Origin: a bacterium
GTDB taxonomy: Bacteria > Patescibacteriota > Microgenomatia > UBA8517
Assembly (NCBI GenBank): GCA_021824915.1
Contig: JAKAJP010000022.1
Location: forward strand, 23,832 to 87,831
DNA length: 64,000 nt
Direction: 5' to 3'
Shown: positions 9,209 through 18,280 of the stretch, piece after piece
Position numbering within the stretch: position 1 is the first letter of the stretch
How the letters are laid out: the number at the start of each line of letters is the position of its first letter
Notes under the pieces: model-generated
Database searches by the model: none
Seen by the model: only the letters and a program-made list of their open reading frames with translations
Told to the model about the DNA's origin: nothing
Program-made: the position numbers and the translations under genes

Positions 9209-10729
9209 CTATTGTACAACAGGAACGATGTGGGGATAAGTATCAGACTCGGAATTGCTATATTCAATTGATTTTCCCATCACAAAATCCGAGTTTTCCG
9301 CAAAACGAATGGCGTGTGAATATTTAGGCTCCAAAATTACTCCGGATCCTTTTTCTATATCAATTCTTTGTGTCTCTTTAGTCTTAACGTCAATAAGGTC
9401 AACCTTTGCAGATCCACTTGTTAGAAAGAAAAAGACTTTAGTCTTTTTATGAAAATGGTTCCCCATAACTGCGCCTTTTTTCATCGATCCGAGGGATATA
9501 TTTTTCCATTCGCTCCCATTTAATATTTCATTAAATACCCCTCTTTCATCCTCCCTTTTATAAGTTGGCCTTATTATTCTTGCCCCCCTCACTCTTAAAG
9601 ATAAAAGTATCTTAACTACCCGCTCCTGCTGGGATTTTGTTATTCCGAGACCCGAAGGCAAATAAAATCCACGAAGGGCAACATCCTGCGAAACGGGATA
9701 TTTTCTACTTATGTCAGGATATAACGGGTTTTTCCCATTTTTGAAAACCGGCTGCAAACTCATGGATAGATAAAAAAGGTCCGTTCCAACACCCTTCTCG
9801 TTAAGTAACGCCATAACCTCATCGCGTGTTCGTCCGAAAGATTCCTTAATCAAAACTCCAAACATCCAAAAAGTGCTCTTGCCCCATGGCGGAGATTGCA
9901 TGATCTCAATTTCAGGAACGTTCTTGAGTAGTTTCTGATAGTGCCTTGCAATTTCCTGGCGTCTTTTTATTTTTTTATCGATTTTCTCAAACTGGGCATA
10001 GGCAACCGCCGCCTGGATATCAGTCAAACGATAATTAAACCCTATATATCTATGAATGAATCTCGGTTTCTCAAAACCCTGACTCCTTAAAATCCTGGCC
10101 ATGTTGGCAACATTCTCATCGTCAGTTACAATCATTCCACCCTCACCGCTTGTTATATTTTTACTGGCATAGAAACTAAAACATCCGACGTCCCCCATTG
10201 AACCAACCTTTTTGCCACCGACGGTCGCCCCATGGGCCGCACATGCGTCCTCAATTACGTAAAGGTTGTGTTTCTTTGCAATCTTCAATATTGCCTCCAT
10301 ATTCGCAGGGTTACCGTACATATGCACCGGCATTATCGCCCGTGTTTTCCTTGTGATTTTCTCTTCAATTTTAGTTGGATCCATACACCAATATTTATCA
10401 ACATCCACCAAAACCGGTTTAACGCCGGATAATATAGGCATGCTGGCAGAACACATAATCGTAAAATCCGGAATTATTATTTCGTCTCCAGGTCCCAATC
10501 CCAATGAAGTAACCGCAAGATGAATCGCGGTTGTGCCATTACTGCAGGCAACACCATATTTTTTCCCTACCCATTTTGCGAACTCTTTTTCAAACTTTTG
10601 AGTAAACGGGCCATTTGCAGAAATCCAGTTATTTACCTTTATCGCCTCGGTAAGATATTTCAACTCATTTCCATCTAAAACAGGTTCACTGGTGGGAATA
10701 AATTCGCTGTCTGCCATATTGTCCTGCAA
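9209..10729 (-). CDS. bifunctional fusion: DegT/DnrJ/EryC1-family PLP sugar aminotransferase (N-term, about 375 aa) plus FdtA/WxcM-like sugar 3,4-ketoisomerase cupin (C-term, about 130 aa)
   Basis: N-terminal region aligns with nucleotide-sugar aminotransferases ('GDEIIIPDFT', 'HMYGNPANM', PLP-Lys region 'SFYASKNITSGEGG'). C-terminal 'ERGVFNEI…GNHFHKKTKV…SGSAKVDLID…' matches the FdtA cupin including the RGxHAHKK-type His pair. Confidence 0.7.
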   Translation of the reverse strand: MQDNMADSEFIPTSEPVLDGNELKYLTEAIKVNNWISANGPFTQKFEKEFAKWVGKKYGVACSNGTTAIHLAVTSLGLGPGDEIIIPDFTIMCSASMPILSGVKPVLVDVDKYWCMDPTKIEEKITRKTRAIMPVHMYGNPANMEAILKIAKKHNLYVIEDACAAHGATVGGKKVGSMGDVGCFSFYASKNITSGEGGMIVTDDENVANMARILRSQGFEKPRFIHRYIGFNYRLTDIQAAVAYAQFEKIDKKIKRRQEIARHYQKLLKNVPEIEIMQSPPWGKSTFWMFGVLIKESFGRTRDEVMALLNEKGVGTDLFYLSMSLQPVFKNGKNPLYPDISRKYPVSQDVALRGFYLPSGLGITKSQQERVVKILLSLRVRGARIIRPTYKREDERGVFNEILNGSEWKNISLGSMKKGAVMGNHFHKKTKVFFFLTSGSAKVDLIDVKTKETQRIDIEKGSGVILEPKYSHAIRFAENSDFVMGKSIEYSNSESDTYPHIVPVVQ

Positions 10730-10779
10730 TAATGCAATAACTTTCCAAATTTGTCAATCAAATTGAGATCAGCTAGAAT
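10730..10779. promoter_or_regulatory. short divergent intergenic region; possible sigma70-like promoter for the minus-strand operon
   Basis: Minus-strand reading contains TTGACA (complement of 10752-10757), a 17-bp spacer, CATTAT, then about 10 nt to the ATG of the aminotransferase gene. The plus-strand TTGTCA(10751)-N17-TAGAAT(10774) abuts the ATG of the GT4 gene. Confidence 0.25.
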
Positions 10780-12039
10780 ATGGCCGTGGCAAAATCAAAA
10801 ACTAAGAAGTTACCAATATTTATTATTTCCGGTAAATCCCCAATCGGCGCTTTCGGCGGGGGCTACTCCGCATATGCCTACAACTTAGCAAAAATTCTTA
10901 CCGATCTAAAATACAGAGTTTATATTTGCGCACTGGGTGATAAAAACGAAAAGATAAAAACCGAGGTAGGAACATTAATAAGTTTTAAGCCCGCTATTCC
11001 ACTACTGAATATCAAAGTTTACGCCCTTCCCGGACTTCCCTTTTATTCTTTCCTGTTTGCAGAAGGAATTAAGAAAGTTTTAGATAAAGAAAAATATAAA
11101 AAGGTGATTGTCTGGGGAATTGGCCCGTGGGGTTTTGCCGGAGTTATACTCAAAAAACTTTTAGGAAAAAGAATAATCCTTGCCGATAATTACTTTACTA
11201 CTACCCGCCATGAATGGTCACGTGGTGTAAAAGCTCTACGTATTAGCGACTACGGGCTTATACAAAAGTTAAAATACTCAATGATTTATTGGTCGGTCGT
11301 TCAATTTATCGCACTACTCGAGTCAATTCTCCTAAAAAATGCGGATGTAATAATTACAAACTACAAATCTACCGAAAATATTATTAAAAAGGAGTTTAGA
11401 ATAAGAACCAACAAATTTAGGAGGCTCGACTTCTTTGCTAGCGCCCGTAAGCGCGGTCAGGGCAAGATTACATCAAGCAAAAACTTAAAGCTTCCCAAAA
11501 AATACATATTTTATTTTTCGCGACATGATCCAAGGAAGGGGGTAAATTTTCTTCTACATGCATATAAATTGATTTTGGATCTGGGTTATAAAATTCCGCT
11601 CCTTATAGCCGGCGGAGGAGATATGCTTCCCGCAAATAAAAAGCTGGCAGAAAAACTAAAAATCTCAAAACAAACCAAATTTCTAGGGTTTGTCGATGAT
11701 CCTAAGATCATTATGAAAAGATGCTCCGTATTTGCTTTCCCATCTATCGAAGAAGGTGCCGGAGCCTTAACAATTAACGAAGCAATGGAAATGGGAATTC
11801 CAATCGTCTCTACAGCCTGCGACGGAATTACCGAGGATATAGAAAGCGAAAAAGAAGGACTCCTTGTACCCATGGAGGATCCCAAATCGATGGCTTTTGC
11901 GATTACAAGATTGCTTGATGATCCTAAATTTGCACAAAAGTTGGCAAAAAACGCCCGGAAACGATACCGTTCAGATTTTTCCTACTCTAAAATGAAAAAG
12001 GATATTGCAAAGCTCACTTCTTCCTTAGAATCCAGATAA
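10780..12039 (+). CDS. glycosyltransferase family 4
   Basis: C-terminal GT4 motif 'FAFPSIEEGAGALTINEAMEMGIPIVSTACDGITE', 419 aa. One of only three plus-strand genes. Confidence 0.75.
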   Translation: MAVAKSKTKKLPIFIISGKSPIGAFGGGYSAYAYNLAKILTDLKYRVYICALGDKNEKIKTEVGTLISFKPAIPLLNIKVYALPGLPFYSFLFAEGIKKVLDKEKYKKVIVWGIGPWGFAGVILKKLLGKRIILADNYFTTTRHEWSRGVKALRISDYGLIQKLKYSMIYWSVVQFIALLESILLKNADVIITNYKSTENIIKKEFRIRTNKFRRLDFFASARKRGQGKITSSKNLKLPKKYIFYFSRHDPRKGVNFLLHAYKLILDLGYKIPLLIAGGGDMLPANKKLAEKLKISKQTKFLGFVDDPKIIMKRCSVFAFPSIEEGAGALTINEAMEMGIPIVSTACDGITEDIESEKEGLLVPMEDPKSMAFAITRLLDDPKFAQKLAKNARKRYRSDFSYSKMKKDIAKLTSSLESR

Positions 12040-12772
12040 AGTTTGGAAAAACCGGCTCAACCAAACGCCAAAAATTCGCCGGAAAAATCCGTGTTAACCA
12101 GCCAATTTTGGCAATATCTCTAAAACCATAATAGTTTGGGTTTTTAATAATATCGGGCGTAATCTTTTTTACTTCAAAATTCCGGGTTAGTTTAGCAAGC
12201 TGCCAATAATCCATGTATTTTGCACTAAACCCATCTGACCTGCCAAAAATTCGAACCACAAAGTCAGCCAGAAATTTCGGAAGAAATGCTAAAAGCGGAA
12301 GATGGTACTGCGCATCCCAAAGGGTATATTTATTTCTTGCACCAAAAAAAACTAAACCACCATTTTTAACAACCCTAAAAACTTCTTTTATAAAATCACC
12401 GGGATATTCAAAACAATAATAAACTTGATTTGCGACAACAACGTCAAAACTTTCATCCGGTAAGCCAGTTCTTATTGCGTCGCCAACACTAAAGTGAAGG
12501 TTTCTCCGCCTGAAGTTTTTCTTAGCGATAGTAATTGAGTTTTCATCGTTATCCAGTCCGTAAACTTGGCCAAAATATTCCGAAAGGTAGTTAGTAATTA
12601 TTCCTGACGAGCAGCCGATATCAAGCAGGGCCAGTGAGGTAAGTTTTCTATCGCTCAATTCCCTTCTCAAAACACCCCAAATCTGTCTTGCTATCTTTAA
12701 CCTTCCTTTTTTTTCTAAAACAATAGGATTAAAACTCGAATATTCGCGGAAAACTGAAGAAGATGTAGCCAT
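12014..12772 (-). CDS. class I SAM-dependent methyltransferase
   Basis: 'LLDIGCSSGIITNYL…VYGLDNDENSITIAKKN…DVVVANQV' methyltransferase motifs I-III. Confidence 0.7.
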   Translation of the reverse strand: MATSSSVFREYSSFNPIVLEKKGRLKIARQIWGVLRRELSDRKLTSLALLDIGCSSGIITNYLSEYFGQVYGLDNDENSITIAKKNFRRRNLHFSVGDAIRTGLPDESFDVVVANQVYYCFEYPGDFIKEVFRVVKNGGLVFFGARNKYTLWDAQYHLPLLAFLPKFLADFVVRIFGRSDGFSAKYMDYWQLAKLTRNFEVKKITPDIIKNPNYYGFRDIAKIGWLTRIFPANFWRLVEPVFPNFIWILRKK

Positions 12773-12774
12773 TG

Positions 12775-13308
12775 CTACTTAACAAGATTTAGGACCTTTG
12801 CCAATACGTCATGAATTTGACCAATTATTCTGTCACCGTTATCGTCGGTCAAATCTTTTAAAGTTGGGGAGAAAGCGTCAATGTTCTCGATTTTTTTAAT
12901 TACTTCATCTCTCACTTGCGGGGTATCACCGCTATTTCTGGCTTTTTCAAAAAGTTTTTGTGAAGATTCAGCTAGCCCCAACGATTTAGAAAGTGATTTG
13001 TCCGAAAGTTCCAGTTTTCCACCCCGGGCCAACTTCTCAGATTCCAAAATTCGTTTTGTCGCTAGAGTGAGATCATATTCCGCCTTCTTTGCCTCGCCCA
13101 CCAAAAGCATCCCCGAAAACTTCTCTTTCAGTTCTTTAAGAAAAAAAAGTGGAGAATCAAGAGTTAGTCCGGCGCTTAACGGCCAGAAAAGTTCATAGCT
13201 ATTTGGAACGGGTGTAGGACTTGGAACCGGAGTTTTGGCGAAAGCCGGGCTAAAGGAAAACAAAAAAACAGCCAAAGTCAAAATTAACACAGAAAGAGAT
13301 TTTCTCAT
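12775..13308 (-). CDS. secreted hypothetical protein with Pro/Thr/Ser-rich N-terminal segment
   Basis: Signal peptide 'MRKSLSVLILTLAVFLFSFSPAFA' followed by 'KTPVPSPTPVPNS', then a helical Lys/Glu-rich domain. Start taken at Met6. Confidence 0.5.
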   Translation of the reverse strand: MRKSLSVLILTLAVFLFSFSPAFAKTPVPSPTPVPNSYELFWPLSAGLTLDSPLFFLKELKEKFSGMLLVGEAKKAEYDLTLATKRILESEKLARGGKLELSDKSLSKSLGLAESSQKLFEKARNSGDTPQVRDEVIKKIENIDAFSPTLKDLTDDNGDRIIGQIHDVLAKVLNLVK

Positions 13309-13329
13309 ACTTACGAAAAACATTATACT

Positions 13330-14355
13330 TTAGTTTGTATTATCCTGTCCACCAAGTCTATTTATATTCGCATCAACCATCAGAGCAACTAGGTGATTAA
13401 AATCCACTTCAGGCTTCCACCCTAAGGTGCGTCTTGCAAAAGACGAGTCCCCAATCAAAGGCCCAGTTTCGGTTGGGCGGATAAATCTCTTATCTACTAC
13501 AACAAATTTTTTATAATCAAGGCCGACATACGCAAAAGCCTCTCGGCAAAAATCAGACACTTTATGAACCACACCTGTAGCAACAACAAAATCGTTAGCT
13601 TTAGGCTTCTGCAAAGATAGCCACATAGCCTTCACGTAATCCCCGGCAAAACCCCAATCACGTTCTGCAGCAAGATTTCCAAGAGCAACTTTACCACCTT
13701 TGACAATTGGTTCACCTTCTTCGTTCAAATGTTTAGACGTATCGATTCCCAACTTGGCGCAGGCAGCTGCATAGGCGATCTTTTGCGTAACAAACTCCAA
13801 ACCCCGCCTCGGGGATTCATGATTAAAAAGAATTCCACAGGAGATAAACATATCATAACTTTTGCGATAAATCCTGGCGATGCTATGAGCATATAGCTTG
13901 GCAGCAGCATAAGGATTTGCAGGATTAAAAGGTGTTTCTTCGTTTTGCGGAACCTCGCGTGCCCAACCAAACATCTCACTGCTGCTTGCCTGATAAAACC
14001 TAGCTTTCGGACAAACATCTTTGGCTGTCTCAATAACCCTGTGGGCACCCAAACCTGTAATTTGAGCTGTATAAACCGGTTGCTTAAAAGATTCACCCGG
14101 AGAACTTTGTGAAGCCAAATTATAGATTTCATCCGGAGAGACTACCTTAAATATTTTTTTAAGAGAAACCGGGTCAAGAAGGTCGCTATAAAAAAGATTG
14201 ATTTTATCCTGCACGTGAGCAATGTTGTCAAAAGCGCGTTGGCTGGATTTCCTGACAACGCCATAAACCTCGTAATTCTTGGAAAGTAAAAGTTCCGCCA
14301 GATAGCTTCCGTCCTGTCCAGTAATGCCGGTGATCAGCGCTCTTTTTTTGGCCAT
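13330..14355 (-). CDS. gmd: GDP-mannose 4,6-dehydratase
   Basis: 'KRALITGITGQDGSYLAELLL', 'YAAAKLYAH' catalytic YxxxK, 'GILFNHESPRRG'; about 340 aa from MAKKRAL start. Confidence 0.85.
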   Translation of the reverse strand: MAKKRALITGITGQDGSYLAELLLSKNYEVYGVVRKSSQRAFDNIAHVQDKINLFYSDLLDPVSLKKIFKVVSPDEIYNLASQSSPGESFKQPVYTAQITGLGAHRVIETAKDVCPKARFYQASSSEMFGWAREVPQNEETPFNPANPYAAAKLYAHSIARIYRKSYDMFISCGILFNHESPRRGLEFVTQKIAYAAACAKLGIDTSKHLNEEGEPIVKGGKVALGNLAAERDWGFAGDYVKAMWLSLQKPKANDFVVATGVVHKVSDFCREAFAYVGLDYKKFVVVDKRFIRPTETGPLIGDSSFARRTLGWKPEVDFNHLVALMVDANINRLGGQDNTN

Positions 14356-14356
14356 A

Positions 14357-15307
14357 TTAATCCAGCACTTCAGAAATATAATCGCCTTCAAAATTCTCCT
14401 TCTGATTGAAGCTTGTAATCATCTCTGCGAGTAAACCTGTTGAGACAAATTGTACACCCATTATCATTAAAAGAACTCCAAGAAATAGTAGTGGGTATCG
14501 ATACTGAATACTTCCGGTAGTAAATCTAAGATAAGCAATATAAATTCCGATCAAAAACCCTCCGGCGAAACTAATAAACCCGAGAAGTCCGAAGAAGTGC
14601 CCGGGTTTCCTGGTGTAGCGGGTCAAAAAGGCAACCGTTAAAAGATCCAGCAACCCCTTTAATGCTCGCTCGAATCCATATTTCGATTTACCATACTTCC
14701 TTGCCCTATGAGCCACAGGAATCTCTGCAACCCTAAAGTTCCTTTTAACGGCAATGATGGGAATTAAACGGAAGAGTTCTCCATAAAAAAAGTGGATATT
14801 CTCAATAACCTCACGTCTAAAAGCCCGAAAACCACAGTTAACGTCATGAAGCTTAACGCCGGTTACTAATCTACTCACAAAGTTGTAAGCCCGACTCGAG
14901 ACGACTTTGCTAATTGGGTCATGTCTTTTTTTCTTCCATCCAACGACCAAGTCGTAACCCTCTTCAACTTTGGAAATGAAACTCGGGATTTCTTTGGGGT
15001 TGTCCTGAAGATCCGCATCCATCGTAATTATAATTCCGCCAACAGCCTGATTAAATCCGGCCTGAAGGGCTGTCGCTTTTCCCCATCCTCCGCGCAATTT
15101 TATAACTTTTACCCTTCGATCATACTTATGAATTTCCTTAAGTTTCTGAAAAGTTTTGTCTTTTGAGCCATCGTCAACAAAAACTATCTCAAATGATCTT
15201 TTCGCTTTTTTCATAACAGCGGCGATCTCGCTATAAAGTGGTTCGATAGAACCTTCCTCGTCTCTCGCGGGAACAACGAAGGAGATAAATTTATTTATCA
15301 TCGCCAT
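14357..15307 (-). CDS. GT2 polyprenol-phosphate glycosyltransferase (GtrB/ArnC/DPM1-like) with C-terminal TM helices
   Basis: 'FVVPARDEEGSI', 'VFVDDGSKDKT', 'DADLQD' (DxD), followed by two C-terminal TM helices as in GtrB/ArnC. Confidence 0.7.
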   Translation of the reverse strand: MAMINKFISFVVPARDEEGSIEPLYSEIAAVMKKAKRSFEIVFVDDGSKDKTFQKLKEIHKYDRRVKVIKLRGGWGKATALQAGFNQAVGGIIITMDADLQDNPKEIPSFISKVEEGYDLVVGWKKKRHDPISKVVSSRAYNFVSRLVTGVKLHDVNCGFRAFRREVIENIHFFYGELFRLIPIIAVKRNFRVAEIPVAHRARKYGKSKYGFERALKGLLDLLTVAFLTRYTRKPGHFFGLLGFISFAGGFLIGIYIAYLRFTTGSIQYRYPLLFLGVLLMIMGVQFVSTGLLAEMITSFNQKENFEGDYISEVLD

Positions 15308-16416
15308 AAATATACATCATTAATAAGATTTAAGCTAATTTGACGGGACCTTACCCAATCAAAATTTTTGCTCCAGATAGCCGCTCCGCGGACAAGTTTT
15401 TCATAATTCCCCCGATTTCTAGTAACTGATAAAATTGCCTCTTTCATTGAAGAGGGGTTTCTTTCACAAATTAATCCACTAACACCATTCTTAATGGAAT
15501 CAACCAAACCCGCAGAATTATATGCAACAACGGGGGTTCCAACGAAATTTGCTTCTATATTTACCAGACCCCAACCCTCGTGAATGGAAGGATTAATAAG
15601 TAGACATGATTTCGAAAGAAGTCGAAACTTCTTACTTTCATTTACATATCCCCAAAATTTAATACGATTTCCCAAAGGTTTTGCAAAATTCCTGATTTTT
15701 TTCTCGTAATCCTTATTTTCTCCTTTTCCAATTACCCAAAAACGGAAATTATACGAATCTTTTAGGAGCAGAAAACATTTAATCGCATCTTCAATTCCCT
15801 TATCCTTTGACAAAATACCCAAAAAACTTATTGCACCTTTCACTTTGTTGTTTATATTAGTTTTCGGTTTTAGTGCTGGTAAAATGACCCCATGAGGAAC
15901 TATGTAGATTTTATTTCTGGAAATACCATATCCAGCCAAATCTTTTTTCGCAGAATCCGACCCTGTCATGAAAGGTACGTTTCTGTAAAAGAGAAAAAAA
16001 ATCGGTTCAAATAGAAAGCCCAAAGTCCCGATAATTAAATTAAGAGGAAAGGCCAGAGAATTCTTTAACCAAACATCTCTGGCTATTTCTTGAATAACCG
16101 CAAGCTTCGGTTTTCGCGAATAGATGGGTGTAAAAAACGGAACCCCGTGGAACTGATCAACAATAAAATTAAAATTACTCCTATTCTTGATGTAATAAAA
16201 AAATCCGGAAATCTGGACTCCCAGATATTGAAAACCTCCTCTGACAATCTTAACCCCATCTATTTCTTCATCACTTCTTAGACCTCCCGGCTGAGACGAG
16301 AAAAGAGTTACATTATGTCCGGCCGCCACCCAACCCTTCATATGTTCATGCATAACCTGCTCTGCCCCACCGGCAAGTGGGTGTTTCGGGTCCCTCCAAG
16401 AAAAAACTAAGATATT
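15298..16416 (-). CDS. glycosyltransferase family 4
   Basis: 'MNILVFSWRDPKHPLAGGAE' N-terminus and 'LINPSIHEGWGLVNIEANFVGTPVVA' C-terminal GT4 motif. Start set at MNILVF, leaving a 7-bp gap to the upstream stop. Confidence 0.7.
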   Translation of the reverse strand, partial: NILVFSWRDPKHPLAGGAEQVMHEHMKGWVAAGHNVTLFSSQPGGLRSDEEIDGVKIVRGGFQYLGVQISGFFYYIKNRSNFNFIVDQFHGVPFFTPIYSRKPKLAVIQEIARDVWLKNSLAFPLNLIIGTLGFLFEPIFFLFYRNVPFMTGSDSAKKDLAGYGISRNKIYIVPHGVILPALKPKTNINNKVKGAISFLGILSKDKGIEDAIKCFLLLKDSYNFRFWVIGKGENKDYEKKIRNFAKPLGNRIKFWGYVNESKKFRLLSKSCLLINPSIHEGWGLVNIEANFVGTPVVAYNSAGLVDSIKNGVSGLICERNPSSMKEAILSVTRNRGNYEKLVRGAAIWSKNFDWVRSRQISLNLINDVYLWR

Positions 16417-16423
16417 CATAAAC

Positions 16424-18280
16424 CTATTGTACCCTCCAAATCTCAGCATTGGCATTGCTAAAAATTTTTTCAACTCCAAAATCTCCGGGAGAAAAAGGCA
16501 ATTTTTCTACATAGTTCTCAAATTTAACCAAATAAATATATTTCGCACGCAACTTGTCAAACTCAGTTTTTGCCCCTTTCTGGTCTTTGGCGCTAAAAAT
16601 GGTTTTATTGTAAATCACCGGCATACCAGAATACTTACTGACATATCCTCTAAGATTTGAAAACTCGGGAGGTCTGTTTTTAGTGTGCCATGAGCATTGC
16701 AAACACTCTCCGTCGTAAACAACAACATTTCCATATGGTTGAGACTTTAAGTATATTAATGCATAGACCTCACCCTGAGGTATTACATAATCCACTTTCT
16801 TAAAATAATTCCAGCCCCGCCCAATCAATAGATAAAAAAATGCGAGCTTCTGTTTAAAAAAATGCAAGGCTTCGGAAGAAAAACCTTTGATATTAACACC
16901 CATATCCGAAACCAAATTATTAACGATCAAAATCTTAACGCCGCCGTCAACCTTCGTAACATTGACGAGCGCAGACTTCTTTATGAAGTCTGGTACATTT
17001 ATGTTTTTCCCTTTTATCGTAAAGTAGTCGCTACCCGGAATTATTTCAGTATCCCCTCCCAATATCCACAAATCTTTAGAATTTGAGACGTTATCAATAA
17101 CCGCAGGAACATTTTCAGATAGAGTAAATTGAAAGTTCGGAGAATTGTAATAAGGATCTTTCAAACTTGTTCCGTAAATTCTTAGGTCTAAAATCCTTAA
17201 CTCATTGGTGTTATTATCCTTAACATAAAACAAGCGATATCTTGCACCCCCGTACCAAAAAGAGCTTACATTTTCTCCAAGAAGGTCCCTTGATTCAATC
17301 CTGTAATCAGGTGTACCCGAAAATTTCTTTCTGTACCAATCCGAAAAATCGGACATAGTAACAATATTCACACCCCCCACCCTAAGTTCATTTGCGTATT
17401 CAAGTTGTTTTGCATACTCACCTTTATAACCAGCAGGATCAAGGTCTGCCTCTAATCCGATTGTAACTTGAGAAAACCCGTTAAGATTACCGCTTTCAAG
17501 ATATAAATTAACAAGCTTCTTAAAATAACTAATGTTCTGTTTCTCCGGTGCAACCAAATAATCCTGTGTACTATATAAACTGCTTTTGTATCCGTTAAGC
17601 GGATCTCTTGGAGCCCACTGAATATTAACAACGTCCACTTTTGACTCCATATCGGCCGCGGGAACACTAGAATATAGTTTGCTTGGATAATAAGCGAGTT
17701 CCCATGGCTGCCCCCAAATTTGATACCCATCTGTGGAGAATTGATCTGAACAGACAAGGTTTGCTGTCACACCGTACTTGTCATGTATATATGAAAGCGA
17801 ATAAGAATCTGTCCACCAGGAACCAACTGATTTTGGATAATAACCAAATACGCTTTTGAATTTATCAAAAATGGCATCTATTAATTTTTTACGATCTGTC
17901 TGCTCATATCCCGATAGAAAAACACTGCCGGCATGCTGCCAAAAACCCGTATCGTTATAGTTAATATGGGAACTCTGGGCTAAATTTGGCGTGATCTCTA
18001 AAAATATTCCAAATTCCTGATTTTTACCCATGCTACTTACAACTTTCATAACATCTCTATTATCCAAAGCATCATAAGTCAAAAGCCATGTGGCAGGTAA
18101 TCCATGCTCTTTTACAATTCCATACTCGCTTTTAACGCTTTCCCCGGGGTTTTTATTATAGGAAGATATGCGGACTGGATTAACTATGGTTACAAACCTA
18201 TCCGAACTCGATGCATCCACCCGAGGAGGAAAAATAAAAATGAAAAGAGAGAAAAAGAAAAAGAATTTTAACTTAGCCAT
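16424..18280 (-). CDS. secreted hypothetical protein, 618 aa (possible carbohydrate-active/deacetylase-like N-terminal domain)
   Basis: Hydrophobic signal peptide 'MAKLKFFFFFSLFIFIFPPRVDA', no further TM segments, many N-x-S/T sequons. No motif recognised with confidence. Confidence 0.4.
   Translation of the reverse strand: MAKLKFFFFFSLFIFIFPPRVDASSSDRFVTIVNPVRISSYNKNPGESVKSEYGIVKEHGLPATWLLTYDALDNRDVMKVVSSMGKNQEFGIFLEITPNLAQSSHINYNDTGFWQHAGSVFLSGYEQTDRKKLIDAIFDKFKSVFGYYPKSVGSWWTDSYSLSYIHDKYGVTANLVCSDQFSTDGYQIWGQPWELAYYPSKLYSSVPAADMESKVDVVNIQWAPRDPLNGYKSSLYSTQDYLVAPEKQNISYFKKLVNLYLESGNLNGFSQVTIGLEADLDPAGYKGEYAKQLEYANELRVGGVNIVTMSDFSDWYRKKFSGTPDYRIESRDLLGENVSSFWYGGARYRLFYVKDNNTNELRILDLRIYGTSLKDPYYNSPNFQFTLSENVPAVIDNVSNSKDLWILGGDTEIIPGSDYFTIKGKNINVPDFIKKSALVNVTKVDGGVKILIVNNLVSDMGVNIKGFSSEALHFFKQKLAFFYLLIGRGWNYFKKVDYVIPQGEVYALIYLKSQPYGNVVVYDGECLQCSWHTKNRPPEFSNLRGYVSKYSGMPVIYNKTIFSAKDQKGAKTEFDKLRAKYIYLVKFENYVEKLPFSPGDFGVEKIFSNANAEIWRVQ

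Noticed and set aside
10751-10779. Plus-strand TTGTCA-N17-TAGAAT promoter-like element directly abutting the ATG of GT4 10780..12039
   Set aside because: A -10 box ending 1 nt before the start codon would place the TSS inside the CDS. Only the minus-strand reading was kept as a low-confidence feature.
13725-14132. 135-aa minus-strand ORF in an alternative frame inside gmd
   Set aside because: The overlapping frame encodes the unmistakable Gmd sequence. The alternative-frame product is basic and low-complexity.
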